Made by a program: the position numbers and the translations under genes. From assembly GCF_051882455.1 (NCBI RefSeq), contig NZ_JBJERV010000014.1, positions 22,920 through 86,919 on the forward strand: DNA of 64,000 nt, in the 5' to 3' direction. The notes under the pieces were generated by a model. The model was not told the origin of the DNA and ran no database searches. It was given only the letters and a program-made list of their open reading frames with translations. This document shows, piece by piece, positions 8,828 to 18,611 of this stretch. Each line of letters opens with the position of its first letter. The stretch's first letter is position 1. The DNA comes from Huintestinicola sp. (GTDB lineage: Bacteria; Bacillota; Clostridia; Oscillospirales; Ruminococcaceae).

Positions 8828-9922
8828 ATGAGCTTTATTGAATTTAAAAATATTGAAAAGCAGTACCCCGGCGCCGACAAAAAATCCGTTACCGATTTTA
8901 ACCTTGAAATAAACGAGGGCGAGTTTATCGCATTTGTAGGACCCTCGGGCTGCGGAAAATCCACCACGCTCCGTATGATAGCAGGCTTTGAGGATATTAC
9001 GGGCGGCGAGCTTTACATAGACGGAAAGAAAGTGAATGACGTTCTTCCCCGTGACAGAGGAATCGCAATGGTATTCCAGAACTACGCACTTTATCCTCAT
9101 ATGACCGTTGAGAAAAACATCTCCTACGGTCTGAAAAATATGAAAGTCCCTGCCGATGAGATAAAGCGCAAGACCGACTGGGCGATAAACATTCTCGGGC
9201 TTGAAGAATACCGCAGCAGAAAGCCGAAAAATCTTTCGGGCGGTCAGCGTCAGAGAGTTGCGCTTGGCAGAGCTATCGTTAAAAACCAAAAGGTTTTCCT
9301 TATGGACGAGCCGCTTTCAAATCTTGACGCAAAGCTCAGAGTTAGTATGCGAAACGAGATAAGCAAGCTGCACCGTGAGCTTGGCAGCACCACCATTTAC
9401 GTTACTCACGATCAGGTTGAGGCTATGACAATGGCAGACCGTATCGTTATAATGAGAAACGGCGTTATTCAGCAGGTGGGCAAGCCTATGGAGCTGTACG
9501 AACACCCCGCAAATAAGTTTGTTGCAGGCTTTATCGGTTCTCCTCAGATGAATTTTTATAATGTTACTCTCGTTGGCGATAAGGTGCTGTTTTCGGGCGG
9601 CGAAACTATGACCGTTCCTGCTTCCGTACTGTCAAAGCTGGACGGCAAAGACGGCGATATGATAATGGGAATCAGAGGAGAGGACATCAAGCTTGACCCA
9701 CAGAGCATATCCGTATATGAAGCTGACAAAAAGAGTGCTGTTGTGGAGAATGCCGAGGTAATGGGAAATGAGAATAATCTGTATTTCACATTCGGCGGCA
9801 GTCAGACCATTGCAAGGGTATCAAAGTATGAGATCAGCGGAATCGGTGACAAAATAGATTTTGTTTTCAACCCGTCAAGAGTACATTTCTTTGACAAGAA
9901 TACGGAGGTTTGCTATGTCTGA
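8828..9922 (+). CDS. Sugar ABC transporter ATPase (MsmK/UgpC type)
   Basis: GPSGCGKST, LSGGQRQR, MDEPLSNLD, FVAGFIGSP. Confidence 0.95.
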   Translation: MSFIEFKNIEKQYPGADKKSVTDFNLEINEGEFIAFVGPSGCGKSTTLRMIAGFEDITGGELYIDGKKVNDVLPRDRGIAMVFQNYALYPHMTVEKNISYGLKNMKVPADEIKRKTDWAINILGLEEYRSRKPKNLSGGQRQRVALGRAIVKNQKVFLMDEPLSNLDAKLRVSMRNEISKLHRELGSTTIYVTHDQVEAMTMADRIVIMRNGVIQQVGKPMELYEHPANKFVAGFIGSPQMNFYNVTLVGDKVLFSGGETMTVPASVLSKLDGKDGDMIMGIRGEDIKLDPQSISVYEADKKSAVVENAEVMGNENNLYFTFGGSQTIARVSKYEISGIGDKIDFVFNPSRVHFFDKNTEVCYV

Positions 9923-11219
9923 TATTATTCGTCTTAAAGCCCCAAAAGGCTGGATAAACGATCCCAATGGATTTATATATTACAAGGGCGAGTATCACCT
10001 TTTCTATCAGCATTTTCCCTATGCACCGCAGTGGGGAAGAATGCACTGGGGACACGCCGTAAGCACCAACCTTGTACACTGGGAGCATAAGGATATTGCA
10101 CTTTATCCCACAAAGAAAAATGACCGCAGCGGCTGCTTTTCGGGCAGCGCTGTTGAGCATAAGGGCAGGCTCCATATCTTCTACACAGGCGTTGATTACA
10201 CCCAGGAAAACCCCGAAAATGTAAACGCTTGTCTTAATGATGAATTTACCGCTGCACAGCTTTCCATTACCTCCGAAAACGGCTATGATTTTGATAATAT
10301 TAACGACAAATTCACCGTTATTCCTCCTATTGAGGATAAAAATATCGGCTGTAAAAATCATACTCGTGACCCCAAAGTATGGCGCGGAAAAGATGCGTGG
10401 TATTTGGTTCTGGGCAGCACCGTAAATAAAAAAGGACGTCTGCTTTTCTACAAAAGCACCGACCTTGTGAACTGGGAATATCTGAACTTTTCCGAGAAAG
10501 ACGGAATGGGCTGGATGTGGGAATGTCCCGATTATTTTGAAACGGACGGAAAGGGCGTTGTCGTATTCTCACCAATGGGATTTTTAAAGGATGAAAAGCC
10601 TTATGACGCAGTGGCAATATGCGCTCTTGCCGACTTCAACGAGGAAACGGGAGAAATGCACATTGCCGACAGTTGGCAGCTGCTTGACTGCGGCGAGGAT
10701 TTGTATGCACCCCAGAGCAGTACCGACAAGGACGGACAGCGTGTAATTATTGCATGGGCAAGAATGCCCGAGCCTTTTGAGAAAAACAGAAGCGGAATAT
10801 TCTGTATCCCGAGGGTAGTTGAGGTGAAAAACGGACATATTTATTTCCGTCCCCACCCTAATGCAGCTGAACTGTTTACAAGGAAAATCTCCTCTCCGAA
10901 TGAAGCAGGGGAGGGCGGTTACAAGCTCAGCCTTGATATGAAAAACGGCGAGGAAATAAGCATAGGTGGATATAAGCTTTCAAGGAATAATAACCGTATC
11001 ACCGCCGACCGTTCCAATGTTTTTGCGGGGCATAACGAGATAAAATGCGTCTTTGAAACCCCCGAAATAAAAGAGGGAAATCATCTTGATATTTATGTTG
11101 ATAAAAACCTTATTGAAGTGTACATCAACAACGGCGAGTATGTGCTGACAAATACGGTTTACGGCTTGTCCGATGATATTTCCGCAGGAAATTATGAGAT
11201 GTACGCCGTTTCGGAATGA
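9915..11219 (+). CDS. GH32 beta-fructofuranosidase / sucrose hydrolase
   Basis: Catalytic motifs WINDPNG, FSGSA, RDP and WECPD; GGAGG RBS before ATG 9915. Confidence 0.93.
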   Translation: MSDIIRLKAPKGWINDPNGFIYYKGEYHLFYQHFPYAPQWGRMHWGHAVSTNLVHWEHKDIALYPTKKNDRSGCFSGSAVEHKGRLHIFYTGVDYTQENPENVNACLNDEFTAAQLSITSENGYDFDNINDKFTVIPPIEDKNIGCKNHTRDPKVWRGKDAWYLVLGSTVNKKGRLLFYKSTDLVNWEYLNFSEKDGMGWMWECPDYFETDGKGVVVFSPMGFLKDEKPYDAVAICALADFNEETGEMHIADSWQLLDCGEDLYAPQSSTDKDGQRVIIAWARMPEPFEKNRSGIFCIPRVVEVKNGHIYFRPHPNAAELFTRKISSPNEAGEGGYKLSLDMKNGEEISIGGYKLSRNNNRITADRSNVFAGHNEIKCVFETPEIKEGNHLDIYVDKNLIEVYINNGEYVLTNTVYGLSDDISAGNYEMYAVSE

Positions 11220-11229
11220 GGTGTTTTGA

Positions 11230-12189
11230 ATGAAAAAGTATGATGTAGTTGCCCTTGGTGAGCTGCTTATTGATTTTACCGAAAACGGCATAAGTTCACA
11301 GGGCAATCCCATATTCGAAGCCAACCCCGGCGGTGCGCCCTGCAATGTTCTTGCAATGCTGCAAAAGCTTGGAAAGAAAACCGCATTTATCGGCAAGGTG
11401 GGTAACGATATTTTCGGCAGACAGCTTACCGAGGTCGTAAAATCAGCCGGAATTGACGTTACAAACCTTGTGACGGACAGCAAAGTTCCCACTACTCTTG
11501 CTTTTGTTCACACACTTGCAGGCGGTGACAGAGAGTTCAGCTTTATCCGTGACCCGGGTGCAGATATGATGCTCGGAAAAGAGGAGATCAATGCCGATAT
11601 AGTAAAATCCGCAAAAATATTCCACTTCGGCACTCTTTCATCGACACACGAGGGTGTGCGTGAAGCTACACGATATGGTGTAGATATTGCAAAGGAAAGC
11701 GGTGCGCTTATTTCCTTTGACCCAAATCTCCGTCCGCCCTTGTGGAACTCCCTTGAAGATGCAAGGCGTGAGATAGAATACGGTCTTGAAAAATGCGATA
11801 TTCTGAAAATCTCCGATAATGAAATTGAATTTATGACGGGACTAACCGATTATGATAAGGCTGTAAGGGGACTTATGGAAAAGTACCATATAAAGCTTGC
11901 CTTTGCAACACTCGGCAAAAACGGCAGCCGTGCATATTACGGGGACATCAAGGCAGAGTGTGGAGTGTTCAAGGTTGATACCATTGAAACCACTGGCGCA
12001 GGAGATACCTTCTGCGGAAGTGCATTAAATTATATCCTTGAACACGATATAAACCGTCTTACGGAGAATGACCTGAGCGAGCTTCTTACCTTTGCGAACG
12101 CAGCGGCAGCCATTATCACAACACGCAGAGGGGCATTGAAGGTAATGCCCGAAAAGGAAGAAATACTTGAACTTATATCAAAAATGTAA
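11230..12189 (+). CDS. PfkB-family carbohydrate kinase, probably fructokinase
   Basis: GGAPCNV, FDPNLR and TTGAGD motifs; lies next to GH32. Confidence 0.88.
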   Translation: MKKYDVVALGELLIDFTENGISSQGNPIFEANPGGAPCNVLAMLQKLGKKTAFIGKVGNDIFGRQLTEVVKSAGIDVTNLVTDSKVPTTLAFVHTLAGGDREFSFIRDPGADMMLGKEEINADIVKSAKIFHFGTLSSTHEGVREATRYGVDIAKESGALISFDPNLRPPLWNSLEDARREIEYGLEKCDILKISDNEIEFMTGLTDYDKAVRGLMEKYHIKLAFATLGKNGSRAYYGDIKAECGVFKVDTIETTGAGDTFCGSALNYILEHDINRLTENDLSELLTFANAAAAIITTRRGALKVMPEKEEILELISKM

Positions 12190-12280
12190 TTGTCAGGCTT
12201 GATACAGTGAGTAATCTGAAAAATCTTTTCACCTCATTTTATTAAGATAGAGGAGTACGTTTTGCCGGCAGGTTTGGAGT

Positions 12281-12312
12281 AAAAAACACAGCACCCGCAT
12301 AGAGTGCTGTGT
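12281..12312 (-). terminator. Terminator between the convergent kinase and S41 genes
   Basis: ACACAGCAC/GTGCTGTGT stem with an A-tract on the left. Confidence 0.6.
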
Positions 12313-12332
12313 AAGAAAACAGGGGATAATTT

Positions 12333-13793
12333 TCATTCTGAAAAAAGCGAAACAGCAATTTCAAGTGCATCGCCCTTGCTGCATTCTGTGTCGGGTATGA
12401 CGTAATCTCCGGCGTCAGCAATTGCACGGCTGAACTTTTTTGTAGATACGCTCATAATAAGACCTGAATTTTTAAGACTGAATGTTGCAATATCTCCGTA
12501 GCCGTTGGCGGAATTACCCGGTATCTCTCCGACTATTGTTCCGAGAGAATTGTCTTTGATGTAGAGTGCAAAAAGCATTGCCGAACTGAATGACTCTGTG
12601 GAAGTGAGTATTGTGACATCTCCGGCAAATACGGGAGTTCGTTTATCTGTTTTCCATTCGGATGTATTGCTTTTTAATGTTAAGAAACCAAGACGCTGTT
12701 CATAGGTTAATGTTGTGAAACTGTCTGTTCCGAGATATGAGATAAATTCCCAGGCTACCTGATCCGAGCCGCCGCCGTTTCTTCTTAGATCAACGATAAC
12801 GTGCTCTATGCCTTTCTGCGATATTTCTGTAAACATATTTTTCAGAGCTTCACAGTATTCATTATTGTAATTACAGCTGTTAAGCGTAAGAAGAGCATAG
12901 TTTTCGTCGGGATAGAGCTCGTAGTGTACGAAATTTTCATTACGGTCATAGTAGGCAGCGTTTCGCTCCATATATTCGGCATATGATATGAAATCCCCAT
13001 CGGTATATTGCCGTTCAACGCGCTCATTCTCGTTTTCATATGTCAGCGTAACATCGGTGCCAAGTCCGAGATATTCAAGTCCTGTGTCTGAAATAAGGTT
13101 GCTTCGGAGCTGCTCCAATGCCCAGCTTTCGGCTTCATATGAGAACAGCTCCTTGTGAGCATCAAAAAATGACTGTAAGGGTTCTCCGTTTATCTCTGTT
13201 ATCCGTAAGCTCCTGCCTTTTACCAGTTCCGCATAGTCAACAGGATATCGTTCTTCGGCGGGACACGGTCCCACAGATGTGTGAGCGTCGCCGAGAGTGG
13301 AAAGTATACTTTCTATACTTCTTCTGAGCTCAGCGCAGGTCAGCCCGTCAGCAGGGATAGATGAAAGAGCGTTCACGTATGCTGATTCTGCTGCCTGAGG
13401 AACAGAATCCTTGAACATCGGGTGAACTTTTTTCAGATGTGCAAATGCTTCTTTTATGTCAGCTTCGGCAGCTTCCTTTGATATGATATCCTTTGCATTC
13501 ATTGTAGATCCGCTTGAACGGAGTGAAACAGAATTTGCATATGGATTGCAGAAATATCCGAAAACGATCCCAAGGCACAGCAGAGCGGCTGTGACCGATG
13601 ATCTGATGACGGGGATCTTTTTCTTTTCGGAGGTAACAGCAGCACCTGCAAGACTGAAGACCGATAAAACTGCCGCTGCGATCATTAACTGCACGGGTAC
13701 ATAGAAAAGCAGAGTGGCTGCAGCTGTAAGAAACATTGATATAACTGCAAAAACAGCACCGCATATGGTAAGAATTTTTCTAAGCTTCTTCAT
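12333..13793 (-). CDS. Membrane-anchored S41-family peptidase
   Basis: About 3 N-terminal TM helices; GDAHT, IVDLRRNGGG, SFSSA and GTIVGE motifs; start chosen from AAAGGA spacing. Confidence 0.85.
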   Translation of the reverse strand: MKKLRKILTICGAVFAVISMFLTAAATLLFYVPVQLMIAAAVLSVFSLAGAAVTSEKKKIPVIRSSVTAALLCLGIVFGYFCNPYANSVSLRSSGSTMNAKDIISKEAAEADIKEAFAHLKKVHPMFKDSVPQAAESAYVNALSSIPADGLTCAELRRSIESILSTLGDAHTSVGPCPAEERYPVDYAELVKGRSLRITEINGEPLQSFFDAHKELFSYEAESWALEQLRSNLISDTGLEYLGLGTDVTLTYENENERVERQYTDGDFISYAEYMERNAAYYDRNENFVHYELYPDENYALLTLNSCNYNNEYCEALKNMFTEISQKGIEHVIVDLRRNGGGSDQVAWEFISYLGTDSFTTLTYEQRLGFLTLKSNTSEWKTDKRTPVFAGDVTILTSTESFSSAMLFALYIKDNSLGTIVGEIPGNSANGYGDIATFSLKNSGLIMSVSTKKFSRAIADAGDYVIPDTECSKGDALEIAVSLFSE

Positions 13794-13998
13794 AAACATA
13801 TCCTTTGAAATGTTGAATTTTTTTGTATAAACATTATACTTCATATCATTTATAGAGTCAATATCCGTAAAGATATTTTAATTTGTTTAATCTAATTTTA
13901 ATGGAAATGGTCTGCCGCCAATGCATTGCGAAACGTACAGAGAAACAGCATATTCTCAATTTGATAAAAAGTTTTATATAAAAAAATGTCGAAAACAC

Positions 13999-14027
13999 TT
14001 GACAAATATCAAAACATATGATAAAAT
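13999..14027 (+). promoter_or_regulatory. sigma-A promoter (extended -10) for the riboswitch-CDF unit
   Basis: TTGACA, 17 bp, TAAAAT with a TGn extension. Confidence 0.75.
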
Positions 14028-14057
14028 ACATATAACTCTTTGCACTGCATAAAATCT

Positions 14058-14176
14058 ACAGTACAAACTGAGCAGACCGTGACAGAATGTCATGGAGTCG
14101 GGTCACATGGAGTGACAGTGGAATTTTTTCATCCACGGGACAGTAGTTGCTAATACTGATTCGTGGGTGTTTTTTT
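14058..14176 (+). ncRNA. NiCo (czcD) Ni2+/Co2+ riboswitch with overlapping intrinsic terminator
   Basis: ACTGAGCAGAC...GTCGGGTCAC...GTGACAGTGG...CCACGGGACAGT four-way-junction pattern; alternative stem CCACGGGACAGTA/TACTGATTCGTGG followed by a T-tract; lies upstream of a CDF gene. Confidence 0.85.
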
Positions 14177-14260
14177 ATGCTTTTTTATAAAAAGCCGTTC
14201 TGTAAAACCCCCGCTTATTAAGTGACAATGAGTGATCTTAAAAATACGGAGGTACCCGAA

Positions 14261-15172
14261 ATGGAAAATAACAACACAATAACAAGAAATGCTTCAGAGA
14301 CCGATTATGAGAAAACAGCAAATAAAGTTTCCTTTGTGACTATTATCGGGAATGTGGCGCTGTCTGTGATAAAGCTTCTGGCGGGAGTATTAGCGCATTC
14401 CAATGCCATGATAAGCGATGCTATCCATTCAGCGTCTGATGTGTTCAGTACTTTTGTGGTTATTATCGGAATTAAGCTGGCAGCAAAGGACCCTGACAAA
14501 GAGCACCCCTACGGACATGAGCGAATGGAATGTGTGGCGGCAATTGTCCTGGCTGTGGTCCTGTTTATCACAGGTCTTGGGATAGGAGCAGACGCGTTTA
14601 AAACTATCCTGAACGGTAATTACAATGAGCTGCAGGTCCCCGGTATCATGGCGCTGATAACGGCGATAGTGTCAATTGTCAGCAAAGAAGCAATGTACTG
14701 GTACACAAGGTACTATGCAAAGAAGATAGATTCCGCCGCATTACTTGCAGATGCATGGCATCATCGTTCAGATGCCTTTTCTTCCATAGGAGCTCTGATA
14801 GGAATAGGCGGAGCAAGGCTTGGCTTCCCGATAATGGATTCCATTGCCAGTCTGGTTATTTTTGTGTTTATAGTAAAAGCAGCTTTTGACATTTTTAAGG
14901 ATGCTATGGACAAAATGGTAGATCATTCCTGTGATGAGGAAACAGAAAAGCAGATACATGACTGCATAATGAAGAATGAGAATGTAATGGGAATAGATCT
15001 GCTTCAGACACGTATTTTTGGAAATAAGATCTATGTGGACGTGGAAATTCAGGCAGACGCGTCATACACTCTGCAGGAGGCACATGATATTGCAGAGGTC
15101 GTACATGACGAGATCGAACGCAATTTCCCGAAGGTCAAGCATATTATGATCCATGTAAATCCTGCAAAGTGA
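14261..15172 (+). CDS. Cation diffusion facilitator (FieF/CzcD family)
   Basis: SDAIHSASD, HPYGHER, ADAWHHRSD and IHVNP; GGAGGT RBS before ATG 14261. Confidence 0.93.
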   Translation: MENNNTITRNASETDYEKTANKVSFVTIIGNVALSVIKLLAGVLAHSNAMISDAIHSASDVFSTFVVIIGIKLAAKDPDKEHPYGHERMECVAAIVLAVVLFITGLGIGADAFKTILNGNYNELQVPGIMALITAIVSIVSKEAMYWYTRYYAKKIDSAALLADAWHHRSDAFSSIGALIGIGGARLGFPIMDSIASLVIFVFIVKAAFDIFKDAMDKMVDHSCDEETEKQIHDCIMKNENVMGIDLLQTRIFGNKIYVDVEIQADASYTLQEAHDIAEVVHDEIERNFPKVKHIMIHVNPAK

Positions 15173-15211
15173 GATACATAGTATTATAACTTCATAAATA
15201 ATATAGTTTGC

Positions 15212-15255
15212 AAAAAAATGCCGTCGTATCATTTTTGATACGACAGCATTTTTTT
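15212..15255. terminator. Bidirectional terminator
   Basis: A7-TGCCGTCGTATCA/TGATACGACAGCA-T7 between convergent genes. Confidence 0.8.
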
Positions 15256-17614
15256 ATTCCGAAACCAGCTCTCTGATCTCCACCCTTTTGATTTTTCCCG
15301 ATGAAAAATATGCAAATGTAAAAAAGCACAGGCAGATCAACAGAACGGGAACCGCAGCCGTAAAAGCGGTGATCTTTGAGTCAAAGCAGGAAATGCCGAT
15401 GTTTTTTAACAGCAGGCTGAGCAGTCTGTCCGAAAACATTAACGAAAGAGCTGTTCCTATCGCTCCGCCGATCACCGAAATTATCAGAAACCGCAGGGCA
15501 AAGCACAGCTGCAGTCTGCCCGAGGTAAAGCCCAGAGCCTTGTAAATTCCCGAATCACGCCTTTCTCTCAGGAATGCCTTTGAGCAGACCATATGCACCG
15601 CCACAAGTGCAAATACAGCCGATACCGAGTAGATAACGCCTGTTATAACGTTCATAAGCGTATCTATCAGCCCCGTCATACTGTCGGAATAGCCGTCCTG
15701 CTCGGTCAGCTCTGCTTCAAGGATATCCCCATAGGTCTCGTTGAGCATTTTTACCGTGCTGTCCGCAAGGCTGTCATCGGAAAGGGTGATGTGCATAATA
15801 TCGGGAGTGATATCATACAGCTGCGAAGCCGCTTCAAAGCTCATAGTAAAGCATCTTCCAAGGTCCTGTACCGACTGGTAGATCCCCGTTATCATATATT
15901 CGGCGCTGCCGCCGCCGCAGCTGACAGTCACCTTGTCGCCGACTCTTTTTCCAATTTCCTCCGAGACGTTTTCCGTTATCATCAGTTCGTTGTCATATAC
16001 GGGCGCTCTGCCCTTCAGAACATTTTTCAGAATATCGGGTCTGCTGTATACCGTGCAGCACATTTCCGTTTCGTCAATGGTCATATATGTTGTACTTGAA
16101 AAAACAACAGAAACATTTTCGTCAATTTCCTTGATGCCGGCTTCGGTTCCGGACATATCCGAAAGCTCAAAATGATTGTTGGGCTTTGCCTGCGCCTGAC
16201 CGTTCAGTGCGCCTAAGGCTTCTATCATACTGTTTGCCGACATTCCGCCCGCAAGTATTGATATGGTCGCCATAAAGAAGATCAGGAGCGCTGCTATAAG
16301 CGCAGTTCCGATATATGCTTTCGGGTGGGAGGTTATCTGACGCAGCGCAATGAAAAATGACAGAGGCTTTTTTTTGATCGGAATGTTTGCGGGGCTGTCA
16401 AAGTATATCTCCTCCGCGCCTCCGGATATCGCTCTTACGGGAGATATCCTGCCGATCTTTTTTGAAGCGATAATAATATAGACCGTGCAGATAAGTATGA
16501 TCCCCAATGTAACGAGCAGACATTTTCCCACAGAAATATTTGTGGATACCATTATTCCCGTAATAGGCTGAAACAGCTTTCCGAGGATTTTTGTAAGCGG
16601 GAACGAAGACGCTATTCCGATAACGCCGCCTATGGCAAGAGCGCAGAAATACTGTATAATATAGATAAGTCTTATCCTGTTCTCGGTAAAGCCCTGTGCC
16701 TTTAAAATACCGAGGCTCACATATTCGGTTTCAATGGTGGTAACGATGCTGTGATTTATGGCTATCATTACTATCACCACCAGCAGGATAACAAATACGT
16801 AAAGCATTTTTGTGCCCGTATCGGTAAATATAGTTGTTATCTCATCGCTGCTTTCCCTTGACTGAGTAAAGAGAGATATGTCAACTATCAGACATTCACG
16901 GTTAAGCTCCTTTTTTAATTCCGTTATGGAAAGCACGCTGTTTTCGGCTTGGAAAATATGTATTATCCTGCATGGGAAAAGCAGGCTCAACGCAGCGTTT
17001 TCATCGTCCGTATCCTCGGAATACAGTCGCTCAAAATCCCTGTCGGATATAAACAGCTGTTTTATCCCGATAGACATTGAGCCAAAGGCGGGGTCCTCCA
17101 CAAAGCCCTTGACCGCAAATATTTTTTCGCCGTTTTTGGTTGTCACCGTTATTTCCGAACCGATCTCACACCCGTAAACTGTTTTCATCGCTGCAGGTAC
17201 ATATACCTCTCCCTCGGACAGAGCTTCGGGTGCAGCTTCAAATTCCATGAGATTTGCATCATAAACAGGCAGTGAGTTTTCCCATTTCAGAAGGAAATAC
17301 GGAGAATTGCCACGTCGGTCTCCTATTTTATATGACAAAACAGCCAATGCCCTTTCGTCACGTATCCGCTCCGTATTTTCATTTTCCGAAAGGGCATTAA
17401 GAATATTGTCGTCAAGCTCGCTTTCGGCAACGAATGCCGCAAGATCTCCCGTATCGGCAGCTTTGTGTGCGCGTTCAATTCCGTCCGACACGTTATCATT
17501 GTTGCTTACCGTCACGGAAAAGGACAGGGTGATTATCATCATAAGCAGGATAACGCTTATAAATGCGCCTTTTTTGTGGCGGATATTAGCTCTAAGCAAT
17601 GTAAGAATTTCCAT
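15254..17614 (-). CDS. ABC exporter permease (MacB/FtsX type, duplicated)
   Basis: Two FtsX-like halves (GILKAQGFT, GIYKALGFT). Confidence 0.9.
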   Translation of the reverse strand: MEILTLLRANIRHKKGAFISVILLMMIITLSFSVTVSNNDNVSDGIERAHKAADTGDLAAFVAESELDDNILNALSENENTERIRDERALAVLSYKIGDRRGNSPYFLLKWENSLPVYDANLMEFEAAPEALSEGEVYVPAAMKTVYGCEIGSEITVTTKNGEKIFAVKGFVEDPAFGSMSIGIKQLFISDRDFERLYSEDTDDENAALSLLFPCRIIHIFQAENSVLSITELKKELNRECLIVDISLFTQSRESSDEITTIFTDTGTKMLYVFVILLVVIVMIAINHSIVTTIETEYVSLGILKAQGFTENRIRLIYIIQYFCALAIGGVIGIASSFPLTKILGKLFQPITGIMVSTNISVGKCLLVTLGIILICTVYIIIASKKIGRISPVRAISGGAEEIYFDSPANIPIKKKPLSFFIALRQITSHPKAYIGTALIAALLIFFMATISILAGGMSANSMIEALGALNGQAQAKPNNHFELSDMSGTEAGIKEIDENVSVVFSSTTYMTIDETEMCCTVYSRPDILKNVLKGRAPVYDNELMITENVSEEIGKRVGDKVTVSCGGGSAEYMITGIYQSVQDLGRCFTMSFEAASQLYDITPDIMHITLSDDSLADSTVKMLNETYGDILEAELTEQDGYSDSMTGLIDTLMNVITGVIYSVSAVFALVAVHMVCSKAFLRERRDSGIYKALGFTSGRLQLCFALRFLIISVIGGAIGTALSLMFSDRLLSLLLKNIGISCFDSKITAFTAAVPVLLICLCFFTFAYFSSGKIKRVEIRELVSE

Positions 17615-17623
17615 ATCCCCACC

Positions 17624-18385
17624 TCACCATTCCATTGAGTTCAGCCATGCGCTGACCTGGGTCTCGCGGCTCTTTTCCTCGTCCGCGGAGTAGGGGGGGA
17701 GGGTAAGCTCGCCGATGATATTTCCGTCAGCGATATAGAGGATACGCGTGGCTCTGAGGGCGGCTCTCATATCATGTGTTACCATTAAAATGCTTTGCCC
17801 CGACCTGTTAAGCTCCGTGAGAAGATTTAAAACCTCCGTTGTATTTCTGCGGTTGAGCGCACCAGTCGGCTCGTCTGCAAAAAGCAGCTTAGGCTCGTTT
17901 ATTACCGCTCTTGCAATGGCACACCTCTGCTGTTCGCCGCCTGAGACCTGCGACGGAAGGTGAGCCTTTATATGGGAAATGCCCATCTGTTCCAGCAGCT
18001 TTTCGGTACGCTCCTTTACCTGTGAGGCTGATTTTTTCTTGTTCAGATACCCGGGAACTGCAATGTTTTCGAACAGTGACAGATTGCTTACAAGGTGCAT
18101 CTGCTGAAAGATAAATCCGAAATCGGTGTGCCGAAGCGCCGCAAGCCCCTTTTCATTCAATTTCACCAGGTCCTTCCCGCCGTAAATGACCTGTCCTGCG
18201 GTGGCTCTGTCCATACCGCTGAGAGCGTACAGAAGCGTAGATTTGCCCGAGCCCGAAGCGCCCATTATTACCGTAAAATCTCCCTCGTAAAGCTCCATAT
18301 CCACATGAGATAAAATATGTATCTGACCGCCGTTATGGGCGAAGCTTTTGCAAAGTCCTTTTGCCGATAAGATCGTATTTTTCAT
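17624..18385 (-). CDS. ABC transporter ATPase (LolD/MacB type)
   Basis: GASGSGKST, VSGGEQQR, FADEPTGAL; GAAAGGA RBS before ATG 18385. Confidence 0.95.
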   Translation of the reverse strand: MKNTILSAKGLCKSFAHNGGQIHILSHVDMELYEGDFTVIMGASGSGKSTLLYALSGMDRATAGQVIYGGKDLVKLNEKGLAALRHTDFGFIFQQMHLVSNLSLFENIAVPGYLNKKKSASQVKERTEKLLEQMGISHIKAHLPSQVSGGEQQRCAIARAVINEPKLLFADEPTGALNRRNTTEVLNLLTELNRSGQSILMVTHDMRAALRATRILYIADGNIIGELTLPPYSADEEKSRETQVSAWLNSMEW

Positions 18386-18416
18386 ATATCCGTTCCTTTC
18401 ATTTGATGATAATACC

Positions 18417-18452
18417 ATTCTACCGCAAAAGTTATTAAGAAGTAATTAAGAA
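18417..18452 (-). promoter_or_regulatory. Response-regulator-dependent promoter of the ABC exporter
   Basis: Minus-strand -10 TAGAAT (18417-18422); ATTAAGAA repeated at 11-bp pitch (18434, 18445) where the -35 would be, typical of OmpR-family sites. Confidence 0.55.
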
Positions 18453-18611
18453 CCTGTCTTCACAAGCATATACGCACGTCTTTTCGGCAAATTTTGCCTA
18501 AGACTGCGTTAAAAATCCTTGCCGGGCGGCAAGCCCGCCTGCGGATTTTTGCCTTGTCTTAGACAAAATTATGCTCGAAAATCCGCACACATTTCTTGTG
18601 AAGACAGGTTC
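18450..18611 (-). mobile_element. 162-bp MITE-like long-hairpin element
   Basis: 17-18-bp perfect terminal inverted repeat (A)GAACCTGTCTTCACAAG, TAA on both flanks (18447-49 and 18612-14), nested inner stems, no ORF. Confidence 0.75.
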
